This document shows positions 8,291-20,863 of a stretch of DNA of 64,000 nucleotides, in pieces; the first letter of the stretch is position 1; each line of letters starts with the position of its first letter. The stretch lies in assembly GCA_021813405.1 (NCBI GenBank), contig JAKAKS010000008.1:62771-126770 (forward strand). The letters run 5' to 3'. This DNA comes from Nitrospirota bacterium. GTDB lineage: Bacteria > Nitrospirota > Thermodesulfovibrionia > Thermodesulfovibrionales > JdFR-88. The translations under genes and the position numbers were made by a program. The notes under the pieces are model-generated. The model saw nothing but the letters and a program-made list of their open reading frames with translations, had not been told where the DNA came from and did no database searches.

Positions 8291-10663
8291 CTAAAAGAAC
8301 CCGCCGAACGTGAATTCGAACCGGTTTCTCTTCTCATCGTAATTTTTCCTTATGTTGTAGCCCCAGTCTATGCGGATGGGGCCTATGGGCGATATCCACC
8401 TGATGCCAACCCCCGTAGTATACCTGTAATCCCTGGGCAGCAGGGTGTCATACGCGCTTCCCGTGTCGAAGAACACTTCGCCCTTGAATTTAAAGGCGCT
8501 TACAAGCGGGAATATGTAATCCACATCGGCTATGGCCTCGTTCAGGCCGCCTATGGGCTCATCGTTAATATCGCGCGGGCCGCCCTCTCCATAGCCAAGC
8601 CCCATAACCGTGTAGATACCGCCCACGTAAAATCTCTCATATAGCGGCACGGCCTTGCCAAACAGTCCAGTGCTGTAACCCAGCGCCCCCGAGAGTGCAA
8701 GAGTGGTGTCGTCAGAAAGCGGGATGTACCAGGATGTGTCAAACTCGCTTTTTAAATAATCGTTGTCGCCGCCTATGCCAGCGAATGTCAGGTAGAAGCT
8801 GTTTTTAGAGCCTGTATGGGGATCCAGGTAGTTGTCCCTGGTGTCCCGCGCAATAGTGGGCGTTATGCTGCTTGTCAGCTTGGAGCCGGCCTGGTCCTGT
8901 ATCTGTGGGCTTGCGGTGCCAAGCACGCCGTAGATATTGTCGTTTTCCAGTTTGTAGTTTGCCCCGATCCACCAGTTTTCCCAGTAATTCTTGTTCAGGC
9001 CGAAGGTAAAGCCCGTCGCCTTGCTTGCATAATCCAGGTAGGTCCTGCTGGATTTGTAAATGGATGTGGACATCGCAAGCTTCTGGCCCAGGAACCACGG
9101 GTCCATATAGGTGAATTCATAATCGGAGGAGATGCTGCCCAGTTCCCCCTTCAGTTTTATCGCGCGCCCGGTGCCCCCGAGATTGGACTGGGTGATATCC
9201 ACCATGCCGATTATCTTGTCCACGGAGCTGTAACCGCCTCCTATGCTGAAGAAGCCGGTGCTCTTTTCCTTTACGTTTACATCAAGGTTCACCAGTTTTT
9301 TCTCCGGGATGGGTTCCGGCTGGATGGCCACGGAATCGAAGAAGTTAAGGTTGTTTATGTTCTGATAGCTTTTCTTGAGCTTTGCGCTGTTGAAAAGGTC
9401 CCCTTCGTTCAGGGTTATCTCGCGCCTTATAACGTGGTCCTTGGTCTTGGTGTTGCCGGAAATCTCTATCCTGCCCACATGGTACTGGTCCCCTTCATCC
9501 ACGGTGAAGCCTACGGAAACGGTCTTTGCGGCCGTATCCGGCGCCAGATTTGGGGAGATGCTGGCAAGGGCGTAGCCCTTCTCGGCGTATTTGTTGGTGA
9601 TGTCCACCACGTCTTCGCGCAAAAGCGCCCGTGACAGGGGTTTGCCTGTTTTTATCTTCAGTGACTTCTCTAGTTCCGGCGTGCTGAACACCTTATTGCC
9701 GGAGAAGCTTACTGAGGAGAGTCTGAACTGGTCCCCTTCGGAGATTGCGTATTTGACGTAAGCCCATTTCCTGTTTGGCGAGAAAGTGACGTCCGGGCCT
9801 GAAACGGATGCCTGGAGATACCCATTATTGAAGTAAACGTCCGCTATCTTTTCCGCGTCCGCCTGAAGGTCGTTCTTCTTGTAATAGCCGCCCTTTGTCA
9901 GGAAAGAGAAAAAGCCCCGTTCCGTGCTGGTCATGGCTTTTCTGAGTTTGCTGGAGGGTATATGCTTATTGCCCACGAATTCTATCTTCTTTATCATCGT
10001 CTTGGGGCCTTCTTTTATCATGAACACCAGGACGGCCTCGTAATCATTTAGCTTGTGGACAATGGGCACCACCTGGGCAAGCCCGAAGCCCTCGTCCTCA
10101 TATAGATGCCGCAGCTTTACAACGTTGTCATTGATAAGCACGGTGTCAGCAACGGCCCCGGTGGGCACCTTGATCTTGTCGGTGATTTTTGAGGTGCTGA
10201 GTTCCTTGTTGCCGTAGAACTGCACGTTTATAATGGAAGGCTTTTCCTTGACTATATAGATGAGCTTGATGCCGCCCTCAAATGGCTCGGCATCTACCTT
10301 AACGTCATCGAAGTACCCGGTTGCGAAGATGTTTTTTATGTCTTTTGTGACAGCCGAGGGAGACAGCGGAAGTCCCACGCCCTGGCTTATGTGCTTCCTG
10401 ACCGCGCCCGCTTCGATCTTCCGGAGCCCCTGTATCTCGATGGCTACAACATTAGGCTCGGCCTGTTTGGGCTGGCCTGAAGACTCGTCCGCCATCGCCA
10501 GGCCGGCCGCGGCAGGCGTTATTAGAACCAGCGCCGCAAATACCAGGCTTATCGCGGTAAGTAAAACTGCCGTACGTGCTGTTGCCGGATACCCGGCATT
10601 ATTCTTAGAGGGGGAGAACACTCCTAAGCGCCTTGCTGCCAACGTACCTCCAGGTTTTTTCAA
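8291..10663 (-). CDS. bamA: Outer membrane protein assembly factor BamA
   Basis: 790 aa. POTRA repeats followed by an Omp85 barrel ending ...NRFEFTFGGFF. Confidence 0.9.
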   Translation of the reverse strand: MKKPGGTLAARRLGVFSPSKNNAGYPATARTAVLLTAISLVFAALVLITPAAAGLAMADESSGQPKQAEPNVVAIEIQGLRKIEAGAVRKHISQGVGLPLSPSAVTKDIKNIFATGYFDDVKVDAEPFEGGIKLIYIVKEKPSIINVQFYGNKELSTSKITDKIKVPTGAVADTVLINDNVVKLRHLYEDEGFGLAQVVPIVHKLNDYEAVLVFMIKEGPKTMIKKIEFVGNKHIPSSKLRKAMTSTERGFFSFLTKGGYYKKNDLQADAEKIADVYFNNGYLQASVSGPDVTFSPNRKWAYVKYAISEGDQFRLSSVSFSGNKVFSTPELEKSLKIKTGKPLSRALLREDVVDITNKYAEKGYALASISPNLAPDTAAKTVSVGFTVDEGDQYHVGRIEISGNTKTKDHVIRREITLNEGDLFNSAKLKKSYQNINNLNFFDSVAIQPEPIPEKKLVNLDVNVKEKSTGFFSIGGGYSSVDKIIGMVDITQSNLGGTGRAIKLKGELGSISSDYEFTYMDPWFLGQKLAMSTSIYKSSRTYLDYASKATGFTFGLNKNYWENWWIGANYKLENDNIYGVLGTASPQIQDQAGSKLTSSITPTIARDTRDNYLDPHTGSKNSFYLTFAGIGGDNDYLKSEFDTSWYIPLSDDTTLALSGALGYSTGLFGKAVPLYERFYVGGIYTVMGLGYGEGGPRDINDEPIGGLNEAIADVDYIFPLVSAFKFKGEVFFDTGSAYDTLLPRDYRYTTGVGIRWISPIGPIRIDWGYNIRKNYDEKRNRFEFTFGGFF

Positions 10664-10757
10664 AGTAGTAGTATAACCTTGGAAACGGAGATAAGTAAAC
10701 AGAATCCGGGCGGCCCCGGATTGCCTCTGCCGGGAGCGCGCCCGCCCTGTTTTTCCC

Positions 10758-11996
10758 TTAACATCCGGACTTTTTTCCGGTGGTTGGCAGGAAGGCCGTT
10801 AATATCCCAAGCAGCGGCAGGAACGAGCATACATGATACACATAATCTATGCCGCGCAGGTCCGCCAGCCAGCCCAGCACCGCAGCCCCGATCCCGCCCA
10901 TTCCGAAGGCAAACCCAAAGAAAAAGCCGGAGACGGTGCCCACCTTGCCGGGCACCAGCTCTTGCGCAAAAACTATTATGGCCGAAAATGCTGAAGCCAG
11001 AATGAAACCGATTATGAAGGAGAGAATGCCGGTCCATAACAGGTCCGCATACGGCAGCGTCAGCGCAAAGGGCGCAGCCCCCAGGATCGATCCCCATATC
11101 ACGCCTTTTCTGCCGATACGGTCGCCTATGGGGCCGCCAAGCAAGGTGCCAGCGGCAACCGCAAACAGGAAAAGGAAAAGATGTGCCTGCGCCGACTTTA
11201 CAGTGAGGTGGAAACGGTGCATCAGGAAAAAGATATAATAGCTGCTAAAGCTTGCCAGGTAGAAGTACTTCGAAAATATCAGCGCAAGCAGTATTGCCAT
11301 GGCCAGCGCCACATTGCGTGCCGGCCTTTCTTCGCGCGTGCCGTCATTGGCGTGGCCGTGTTTTGCAATGCGCCAATTGCGCTTGTACCAGCCGCCAACA
11401 CGCAGCAGTACGGCTATTGCCAGCAAGGCCGCAAGTGAAAACCACCTGATGCTGCCCTGTCCCATAGGGATAACTATCCACGCCGCCAGCAGCGGGCCCA
11501 TGGCGGTCCCCGCGTTGCCGCCAACCTGGAAGATGGACTGTGCCAGCCCGTGCCGCCCGCCCGATGCCATGCGCGCCACGCGGGAGGACTCCGGATGGAA
11601 AATCGATGACCCGGTGCCTACCAGCGCCGCGCCAAAAAGCAGCATGCCGTAGCTGTTTGCGGACCCCAGTACCAGAAGCCCCCCCATGGTGCATCCCATT
11701 GCAAAGGCAAGCGAATACGGCTTCGGGTGACGGTCGGTGTAAAATCCCACCAGCGGCTGAAGCAGGGACGCCGTAAGCTGATAGCAAAGCGTAATCAGCC
11801 CGATTTGCGCAAAGCTGAGCTGGAATTTCCCCTTGAGCAGCGGATAAACGGCCAGAAGAAGGGACTGCATGATGTCGTTCAGGAAATGCGAAAGACTGAT
11901 GGCGCCAAGCACCCTGAAGCCGGTGCTTCCGTAAGGCGCGTTTTGCGCGCCGCCGTTTTCAGGTTGATTCCGGATCATGAGAGCGGGGCCTGGCAT
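10758..11996 (-). CDS. MFS transporter (Fsr/fosmidomycin-resistance-like)
   Basis: 412 aa polytopic protein. N-terminal SLSHFLNDIMQSLL motif typical of this MFS subgroup. Confidence 0.8.
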   Translation of the reverse strand: MPGPALMIRNQPENGGAQNAPYGSTGFRVLGAISLSHFLNDIMQSLLLAVYPLLKGKFQLSFAQIGLITLCYQLTASLLQPLVGFYTDRHPKPYSLAFAMGCTMGGLLVLGSANSYGMLLFGAALVGTGSSIFHPESSRVARMASGGRHGLAQSIFQVGGNAGTAMGPLLAAWIVIPMGQGSIRWFSLAALLAIAVLLRVGGWYKRNWRIAKHGHANDGTREERPARNVALAMAILLALIFSKYFYLASFSSYYIFFLMHRFHLTVKSAQAHLFLFLFAVAAGTLLGGPIGDRIGRKGVIWGSILGAAPFALTLPYADLLWTGILSFIIGFILASAFSAIIVFAQELVPGKVGTVSGFFFGFAFGMGGIGAAVLGWLADLRGIDYVYHVCSFLPLLGILTAFLPTTGKKSGC

Positions 11997-12092
11997 TGCC
12001 GGACGCTTTTATGATAGCACTTCCGCACAAATTTCTTGCCGTCCATTTTTCTCTTGACTTTTGCAAGGTACATGCGATAAAAATAGAAGGCC

Positions 12093-13196
12093 GTGAAAGG
12101 ACAAACTTCAAAAACCATAAAGACAGCACTCATTGTGACGCTTGTCACATTCATGCTTTGCGCCCAGATGGAAGCCACCGCCTTTGCCGCCGGCCAGGAC
12201 GTTGGCGTCATAAACGGGCTGGTGGACAACTCTATCGCCCAGAAGGCGGTGGAAAAGAATGTAAATGCCTTTACCGATGTCTTCAGAAAACCCTTCGCAA
12301 AGTGGCTCAGCCGCTCCAGAAAATACATCGGCATGATGAAACGGATATTGACGGAGCACAATGTTCCGGCGGACATGATCTTTCTTTCAATGATAGAAAG
12401 CGGCTTCAGCCCTTATGCCTATTCGCCGGCAAAGGCTGTGGGGCCGTGGCAGTTCGTGGACTCTACAGCCCGCCGGTACGGGCTTAAGATAGACAAATGG
12501 GTGGATGAGAGGCGGGACCCCGAAAAATCCACCAGGGCGGCGGCCATGTACCTTAACGACTTGCACAAGATGTTCGGTTCCTGGGGGCTTGCGATGGCTG
12601 CCTACAACGCGGGGGAGGGCGCCGTGAAGCGGGCTCTTGAGCATGTAAACGGCAATGATTACTGGGCCCTTTATCAGACCAACAGGATAGCCCAGGAGAC
12701 GAAAGATTACGTGCCCAGGATCATAGCGGCCAAATATATTTCTATGGATCCGGCAGCGCACGGTTTTACAGATATCCAGTACGAAAAAAAGACGCCCTAT
12801 GACCAGGTTGTGCTTTGGTCTCCGGTGGACCTGGATGTGGCCGCCAAATGCGCCGGCACGGACGTGCAGACCATTAGAAAACTGAATCCGGAGCTGAAAA
12901 GGTGGTGCACTCCGCCGAACGTGAGAAATTACATCCTCAAGATACCCCAGGGCACGCTGGTTACGTTCCTTGACAACCTGAGCAAGCTGCCCGCTCAGGA
13001 CCGCATCTCGCCGCAGCGCATTTATTCCTCAAGGCGTGGAGACACGCTTCGCAGGATAGCGTTCAGGTTCGACTTGTCAGTGCGTTTGCTGGCCGATTTA
13101 AACGGGCTGCGAAGCATTGGCAGAAGGCTCAGGCCGGGAACACGGATAACTCTTCCGCCGGCCGGCAAGTCCCAGTACCTTATAGCAAGAAGCTAA
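12093..13196 (+). CDS. Lytic transglycosylase with C-terminal LysM domain (MltD-like)
   Basis: SLT catalytic region MIESGFSPYAYSPAKAVGPWQF. LysM-like YSSRRGDTLRRIAFRFDLSVRLLADLNGL. Confidence 0.85.
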   Translation: MKGQTSKTIKTALIVTLVTFMLCAQMEATAFAAGQDVGVINGLVDNSIAQKAVEKNVNAFTDVFRKPFAKWLSRSRKYIGMMKRILTEHNVPADMIFLSMIESGFSPYAYSPAKAVGPWQFVDSTARRYGLKIDKWVDERRDPEKSTRAAAMYLNDLHKMFGSWGLAMAAYNAGEGAVKRALEHVNGNDYWALYQTNRIAQETKDYVPRIIAAKYISMDPAAHGFTDIQYEKKTPYDQVVLWSPVDLDVAAKCAGTDVQTIRKLNPELKRWCTPPNVRNYILKIPQGTLVTFLDNLSKLPAQDRISPQRIYSSRRGDTLRRIAFRFDLSVRLLADLNGLRSIGRRLRPGTRITLPPAGKSQYLIARS

Positions 13197-13292
13197 GCCC
13201 CGGTTTTTTCTTTTTTTAGCTGTGCGGGCAATTCGCCTGCATGGCTGGATTCTCATTTTCAAAGACTTTTATCTGCAAGAAACCATGAGGAA

Positions 13293-13480
13293 CCGGTTTG
13301 GCTATTCCGGAATTCCTGTGGGTGTATGGCGTGCTCCCAAAGGCTGTCACTCCAGAGCGAACAGCCGGATCCTGAGTCTTAGTGGCGGGTTTTACTTTTT
13401 CCGCGGGACGGTGTTCGTCTCCATTGGGGCCGCCGTCTTACGATTTTCTTTTGTTCAAATCATCGCTCATTTACCACCCG
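13293..13480 (-). repeat. R1 element copy B (candidate ncRNA)
   Basis: The minus strand reads GGGTGGTAAATGAGCGATGA...AATGGAGACGAACACCGTCCCGCGGAAAAAG...GCCTTTGGGAGCACGCCATACACCCACAGGAATTCCGGAATAGCCAAACCGG. The last module closely matches 17199-17246. Confidence 0.55.
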
Positions 13481-13569
13481 TTCCCCCCCCCGGGTAACGC
13501 AAACCAAACGGGCAGGGAACCCGGGAGAGTCAAATCCTGAAGCCCCTTTATTTAAAGGGCCCGGAAATG

Positions 13570-13601
13570 AAAAGCGCAGCCCGTTTGTGAGCGGGCCGCG
13601 C
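13570..13601 (-). terminator. Rho-independent terminator for the 13622-14365 gene
   Basis: Minus strand GCGCGGCCCGC-TCACAAA-CGGGCTGCGC followed by TTTT. Confidence 0.6.
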
Positions 13602-13621
13602 TTTCGCCAGATGTTTAAGAG

Positions 13622-14365
13622 TTACTTTGTGCCCTTTTTTGCAGGCCCGGCTTTAAGTGCCTTCTTTTGGCCTGCCGCAGGCGCCGGGGTGTTTGCCACC
13701 GCTGCCGCGGGCGAGTTCGCCAAAAATGGCGAGGACGGGAAGTTCTGTCTTAACGTGCCAAGCTCCCTTTGGGCTTCCGTTTTGTTGCCTATCGCATCGT
13801 AAATGCGGGCGCTTTCATAAAGGGCAAGGTCTTTCAGCGAGGCGGATTTATCATTTTCAATGGCCCCAAGGTATTTAAGGGCGTCCTGCTGGTTGCCCAT
13901 TTTCATAGAGGCCATTGCCATCCTGTACTTGGCAAGAGGCACCAGCCCGTCATCCGGGAACCCGGCTGCCAAGTTTGAGAATGTCTTGATGGCATCGGCG
14001 TATTTCCCCATATCATACTGGATGGACCCTATGTAAAAAAGAGGATAGGCCGATTCCTTTGTATTATAGGCCTCCTGGAATTTTTCAAGTGCTTTTTGAA
14101 GCCTCTCGTCCTTTGTCATTGGCTCTTTAAGGTAAAGGTTGTAATAGAGCTTGTAGCCCTGGTAATTGAGATTGGTGGACTTGCTGTTCCGGTAGCTTAT
14201 ATAAAAATAGATGCCTCCGGCCAGCACCAGCGCGGCAACGGCGGCCGCCCCCGCAACAATAAGAGAGCGCTGCTTTGCTTTCAGGTTTTCTTTTATTTGT
14301 TCAAAGTCCTCAGCCTGCTCCGGCCGGGGTTTTTTTACAGATCTTTTTTTAAGGGATTTAGGCAT
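13622..14365 (-). CDS. Membrane-anchored TPR-like protein (YfgM-like architecture)
   Basis: 247 aa. Basic N-terminus, one TM (LIVAGAAAVAALVLAGGIYFYI), helical-repeat periplasmic part. Confidence 0.65.
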   Translation of the reverse strand: MPKSLKKRSVKKPRPEQAEDFEQIKENLKAKQRSLIVAGAAAVAALVLAGGIYFYISYRNSKSTNLNYQGYKLYYNLYLKEPMTKDERLQKALEKFQEAYNTKESAYPLFYIGSIQYDMGKYADAIKTFSNLAAGFPDDGLVPLAKYRMAMASMKMGNQQDALKYLGAIENDKSASLKDLALYESARIYDAIGNKTEAQRELGTLRQNFPSSPFLANSPAAAVANTPAPAAGQKKALKAGPAKKGTK

Positions 14366-15020
14366 CCGTCCTCCTCAGGGCTTTTTCCAGTATGGTCCGT
14401 GAATTCTCGAAAACCCTCCCGGCCTCATCCGGCGTAAGCCCGGCGCCAAACAGCACTTTAAGGGCCGTTGCCTTCGCTATAAGGTCCGAGGGGGAATGTG
14501 CGTCTGTATTGATTACCATCCGGGCACCTGCCATCGCAGCTGCCTTTGCAACGTGCCCGTTTGATATTGAATGGCCTTTCCTGGCGGTTATCTCCAGCGC
14601 AACGCCTTTTTCCTTAGCCGCCCGCGCGTCATCAGGGGAGATGAGCCCGGGATGGGAAAGAATGTCAGCCAGGGCCTCAATGGCCGCCCGGTTTGTGCCT
14701 TCCTTCACAGGCTCGGCAAGGGTCTCTCCATGCACAACTATTATGCGCGCGCCAAGCCTTCTGGCCTCCTGCACCAGTTCCGCTATAAGGGCCGGCGGAA
14801 CGTGGGTAATCTCCGCTCCCGGCACAATGTCCAGTGAAACATGTCCTTTCAGCTTTGCAACCGCCTTCACCAGCGCTGGCACCACGGAATCTATATTGGA
14901 TGCGTCCACGTGGTCGGTTATCGCCAGCCCGGAAAGGCCCAGCGCTTCGGCGCGCCTGGCAAGCTCAAAAGGCAGGAGCTCTCCATCGCTAAGCACGGTA
15001 TGGGTGTGCAGATCGATCAT
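14358..15020 (-). CDS. PHP-domain metal-dependent phosphoesterase (histidinol-phosphatase-like)
   Basis: 220 aa. MIDLHTHTVLSDG... and ITDHVD motifs. Confidence 0.8.
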   Translation of the reverse strand: MIDLHTHTVLSDGELLPFELARRAEALGLSGLAITDHVDASNIDSVVPALVKAVAKLKGHVSLDIVPGAEITHVPPALIAELVQEARRLGARIIVVHGETLAEPVKEGTNRAAIEALADILSHPGLISPDDARAAKEKGVALEITARKGHSISNGHVAKAAAMAGARMVINTDAHSPSDLIAKATALKVLFGAGLTPDEAGRVFENSRTILEKALRRTDA

Positions 15021-15110
15021 ATCCTAGAAAGATAACGGATTTACAGGGAAATTGTAAAGTTTTAAGGGGGTTATGGCCTATTTGATTTGCGCAAACCGGT
15101 ATGCGTTTTA

Positions 15111-16568
15111 TTAAACGGCATTTGTGCGCCTGGTCTTAAACAGCATCCAAACCGTGCCCCACCACAGAAAAAGCGTGCTGAAAAGCACAAGCCCAAAATC
15201 CCGCAGATAGAAGAAAAAGCCTTTATCTATCGAGGTGAGCAGATGGCTTGCCGCAAGGAATATCAGCATTGCCTTCCAAGCAGGCGGCATATGCCCGTAT
15301 GAGTAGCGGTCCCATATCAGAAATACCATCAGCGTTGTAACCGGCAGCAGCATGGAGACGTAATGCGGATGGAACACAGGGCTGGCCACAAGCATAAGCG
15401 GCGTGAGTGATGCCAGCAGAAGCGTATCATGTATATTTTCATAGCTGTTGGGACTGCCTGGGAGCCGGAGTCCTTTGTGCCAACCAGCCGCTGCCAGGGC
15501 TGTTATAACCAGCAAAACCGCGATAATCCAGTGCGTGGCGCGCACCCAGGGCGCGGCAGTTGGCGGGCGCTGCTGCCGGGGCACCGAGGCGTACATGATA
15601 TTGTGCATTACCACCATGGGTGAGTTGCTGTCCGTACTGGTAATCCCCGTAAGCTCTCCGCCAACGGCGCTTTTTGTGCTTCCCTGCAATCCCCCCTTTA
15701 TTACCTCGGTGTAAAAAGAGTTGTAGGCCTTTACGGTCCGCGCTGGCCCCATGGCCGCAAGCGGTATGAGGCCAAGGGTCAAAATAAGCCCAACCGCAAT
15801 CCCGCCCAGCATGCGCCAGGAACGCCGCCAGACTGGCATCAGGATTAATAACGCCGGGATCAGCTTTATGGCAATCGCCGCAGACAGCCAGATGCCTGCA
15901 CGGAATTTTCTGCCGCGTACAATGTTTGCGGCAGTCACGCAAAGGATAAACGCAATCAGCAGGCCTGCCTGTCCGCGCATCTGGGAACGGCCTATTGCGG
16001 GCAAAAGCGCCAGAACAGGCACTATCCTTAGCGCCCACCAACGCCTGCTTGAAACAAGCGGCGGCCCGCTGGCCGTATACGGTATCTCTTCCAGCGCGCT
16101 GGCCAGGATGTGCACTCCCCAGAACCCCAGCGCCATTGTAAGCAAGTACCAGAACCCCACTGTAACCGCATACGGTACATAGCCAGCCCGGCTGGCCCCG
16201 GCAGGCGGGTCCGCCAGCGGCGTCATCAGCACGGCAAAAAAGGGCGGGTAGACGTAATGCCATCCCCTATCATCCGTGATGGAGTAAATATCGCCTTCAT
16301 TTCTGATGGCCCATGCAGCCCTGAGATAGGTACCCACATCGGTCTTGCGCGTGTGCTGGAGCGCGCCCCTCAGTTCCACCCAACCCCCAAAGAGGACAAC
16401 AAGCGCAACCAATGCCCAAAGCCATCCGCGCATGCGGCTTGAAAGCTGGGCTGCCCCCGGTTCTTCTTCAGGCTTGGGCGGTTCAATCTCAACGCGTACA
16501 GGGTGGGCCCTGGCGGATGCAGTGCCGGGCTCCGGGATTAAATCGGGTGTTTTTAATTCCTCAGGCAT
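15111..16568 (-). CDS. Polytopic membrane glycosyltransferase-like protein (DUF2029/GT87-like)
   Basis: 485 aa with many TM segments. WHYVYPPFFAVLMTPL loop typical of the DUF2029 family. Confidence 0.65.
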   Translation of the reverse strand: MPEELKTPDLIPEPGTASARAHPVRVEIEPPKPEEEPGAAQLSSRMRGWLWALVALVVLFGGWVELRGALQHTRKTDVGTYLRAAWAIRNEGDIYSITDDRGWHYVYPPFFAVLMTPLADPPAGASRAGYVPYAVTVGFWYLLTMALGFWGVHILASALEEIPYTASGPPLVSSRRWWALRIVPVLALLPAIGRSQMRGQAGLLIAFILCVTAANIVRGRKFRAGIWLSAAIAIKLIPALLILMPVWRRSWRMLGGIAVGLILTLGLIPLAAMGPARTVKAYNSFYTEVIKGGLQGSTKSAVGGELTGITSTDSNSPMVVMHNIMYASVPRQQRPPTAAPWVRATHWIIAVLLVITALAAAGWHKGLRLPGSPNSYENIHDTLLLASLTPLMLVASPVFHPHYVSMLLPVTTLMVFLIWDRYSYGHMPPAWKAMLIFLAASHLLTSIDKGFFFYLRDFGLVLFSTLFLWWGTVWMLFKTRRTNAV

Positions 16569-16666
16569 GTCTTATGTACTATGCATGTTTTAAGCGGGGC
16601 TTTTCAACTGTGGATATCCCCCGGATGTCCCGGAACGGATTTTTTAACTTTGTTAAAAATGCTGGC

Positions 16667-16705
16667 ATGAATTTCATGACATATGTCATATGGACAATGT
16701 CATGG
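16667..16705. promoter_or_regulatory. PAL motif copy 2
   Basis: ATGAAT-N3-ATGACATATGTCAT-N8-TGTCAT. About 100 bp upstream of the divergent 16568 start codon. Confidence 0.55.
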
Positions 16706-16906
16706 CAACCGGTGTTTCAATAGGGGCAGGGCGGTTTTGTTTTGCCGCCAGGATCTTTTAAAAGCCTGATACAAGACGGGATCGCCACGGCCAATATGGC
16801 CTTGCCATTACAAAGCAAAGATTGAACGGATTTGAACGGTGAAATACGTGAAATGTTTTAAAATCAAAGGCTTGCGGATTTCAGGTTGAACACTAAAAAA
16901 AAGGGG
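16667..16906 (+). repeat. R2 element copy 2 (PAL, ATTTGAACGG direct repeat, A-rich tail), immediately upstream of R1 copy C
   Basis: ATGACATATGTCAT at 16676-16689. ATTGAACGGATTTGAACGG at 16821-16839. TTGAACACTAAAAAAAAGGGGG at 16886-16906 (compare GGAACATATAAAAAGAAAAGG). Confidence 0.55.
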
Positions 16907-16966
16907 GTTCTTCAGGATTTCCTGTGGGTAAAACAACTGCTTTTGCAGGCCGTTTGGTTTGCCTTG

Positions 16967-17250
16967 CCCGGGGAAGCGGGCGGTTTCGCGGAGTGGGCTG
17001 TGCGTGCGTACGTCTGCAAGTGCCTGGCTAGCAATAGCTCCGGCGCGGGCAAATTCGGTGAGACTGGTAAAGACATGGCGGAATCTAACGCAGACGAACA
17101 CCGCCTGCGAAAAAATCAGAGAGCAGGCTGGCCATTGGCAAATGAGTCAGCAGTGGCGGAAGCGAAGCCGTTGGGGTCCGGCTTTCGCCGTGGTGAGCGC
17201 CTTTGAGAGCACGCCATATAACCACAGGAATCTCGGTAGAGCCAAAAAAA
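16967..17250 (+). repeat. R1 element copy C (candidate ncRNA)
   Basis: TAACGCAGACGAACACCGCC at 17086-17105. 3' module GCCTTTGAGAGCACGCCATATAACCACAGGAATCTCGGTAGAGCCAAAAAAA at 17199-17250. An upstream CGTCTGC (about 17010) is complementary to GCAGACG. Confidence 0.6.
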
Positions 17251-17262
17251 GGAGGCAGCCGG

Positions 17263-17964
17263 TCAGGCGGGGGTTCTTGCAAGGGCCAGGACGAACACCT
17301 CTTTTGCACCGGCCTTAAGTAGCGCTTTGGCGCAATGGTGCGCGGTGGCGCAGGTGGTGATAACATCGTCCGCAAGGATAATCCGCAGGCCGTTCGCGCA
17401 TGCGTCTGCCTTGAAGACGCCGCGAAGGTTTTTAAGCCGTTCCTCCCGGTTCAGGGAGGATTGGGGCAACGTGGCCCTGGTCTTTAAAAGCGCGTGCGGC
17501 AGGAATTCAAGCCCCTTCTCATCAGATATCGCCTTGCCTAAAAGAAGGCTCTGGTTAAAGCCCCTTGCAAGTATGCTTTTTTTTGAAACCGGCACGGCCG
17601 CCACGGCGTCCGCCTCCGGCATTTCAATGGCTGAAAGCAGCCTGGCAAGCGGCGCGCCCAACCTGCGTACCTTAGAGAACTTGAAGGCGTTAATCGCTTC
17701 TTTAAGCGTATCGCTGTACAGCCCATAATAAAAAGCTTTTGTAAACGCGGGCCTCTTTTCAATGCACCGCTGGCAGGTGACGGAGTAGGCGGAGACAAGC
17801 GGCTCTCCGCAGATATTGCAGCGCGGCCCCTCATATAACGGCATTGAATTCCAGCAACTGGAGCAAATGGGAGAGTGGGAGAACACGTCCGAAACAAGCC
17901 CGCACACAGGGCAATTGGAGGGGAAGACCGTTTTTAAAAGAGGGCGGGCCAGCAGGCCCGCCAT
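17263..17964 (-). CDS. comF: ComF family protein (amidophosphoribosyltransferase-like)
   Basis: 233 aa. N-terminal Cys-pair zinc fingers (CPVC..CSSC, CNIC..CQRC). PRTase motif IILADDVITTCAT. Confidence 0.85.
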   Translation of the reverse strand: MAGLLARPLLKTVFPSNCPVCGLVSDVFSHSPICSSCWNSMPLYEGPRCNICGEPLVSAYSVTCQRCIEKRPAFTKAFYYGLYSDTLKEAINAFKFSKVRRLGAPLARLLSAIEMPEADAVAAVPVSKKSILARGFNQSLLLGKAISDEKGLEFLPHALLKTRATLPQSSLNREERLKNLRGVFKADACANGLRIILADDVITTCATAHHCAKALLKAGAKEVFVLALARTPA

Positions 17965-17983
17965 ACCCTTGAAATCCGAGAGG

Positions 17984-20862
<2,879 letters not shown>

Positions 20863-20863
20863 C

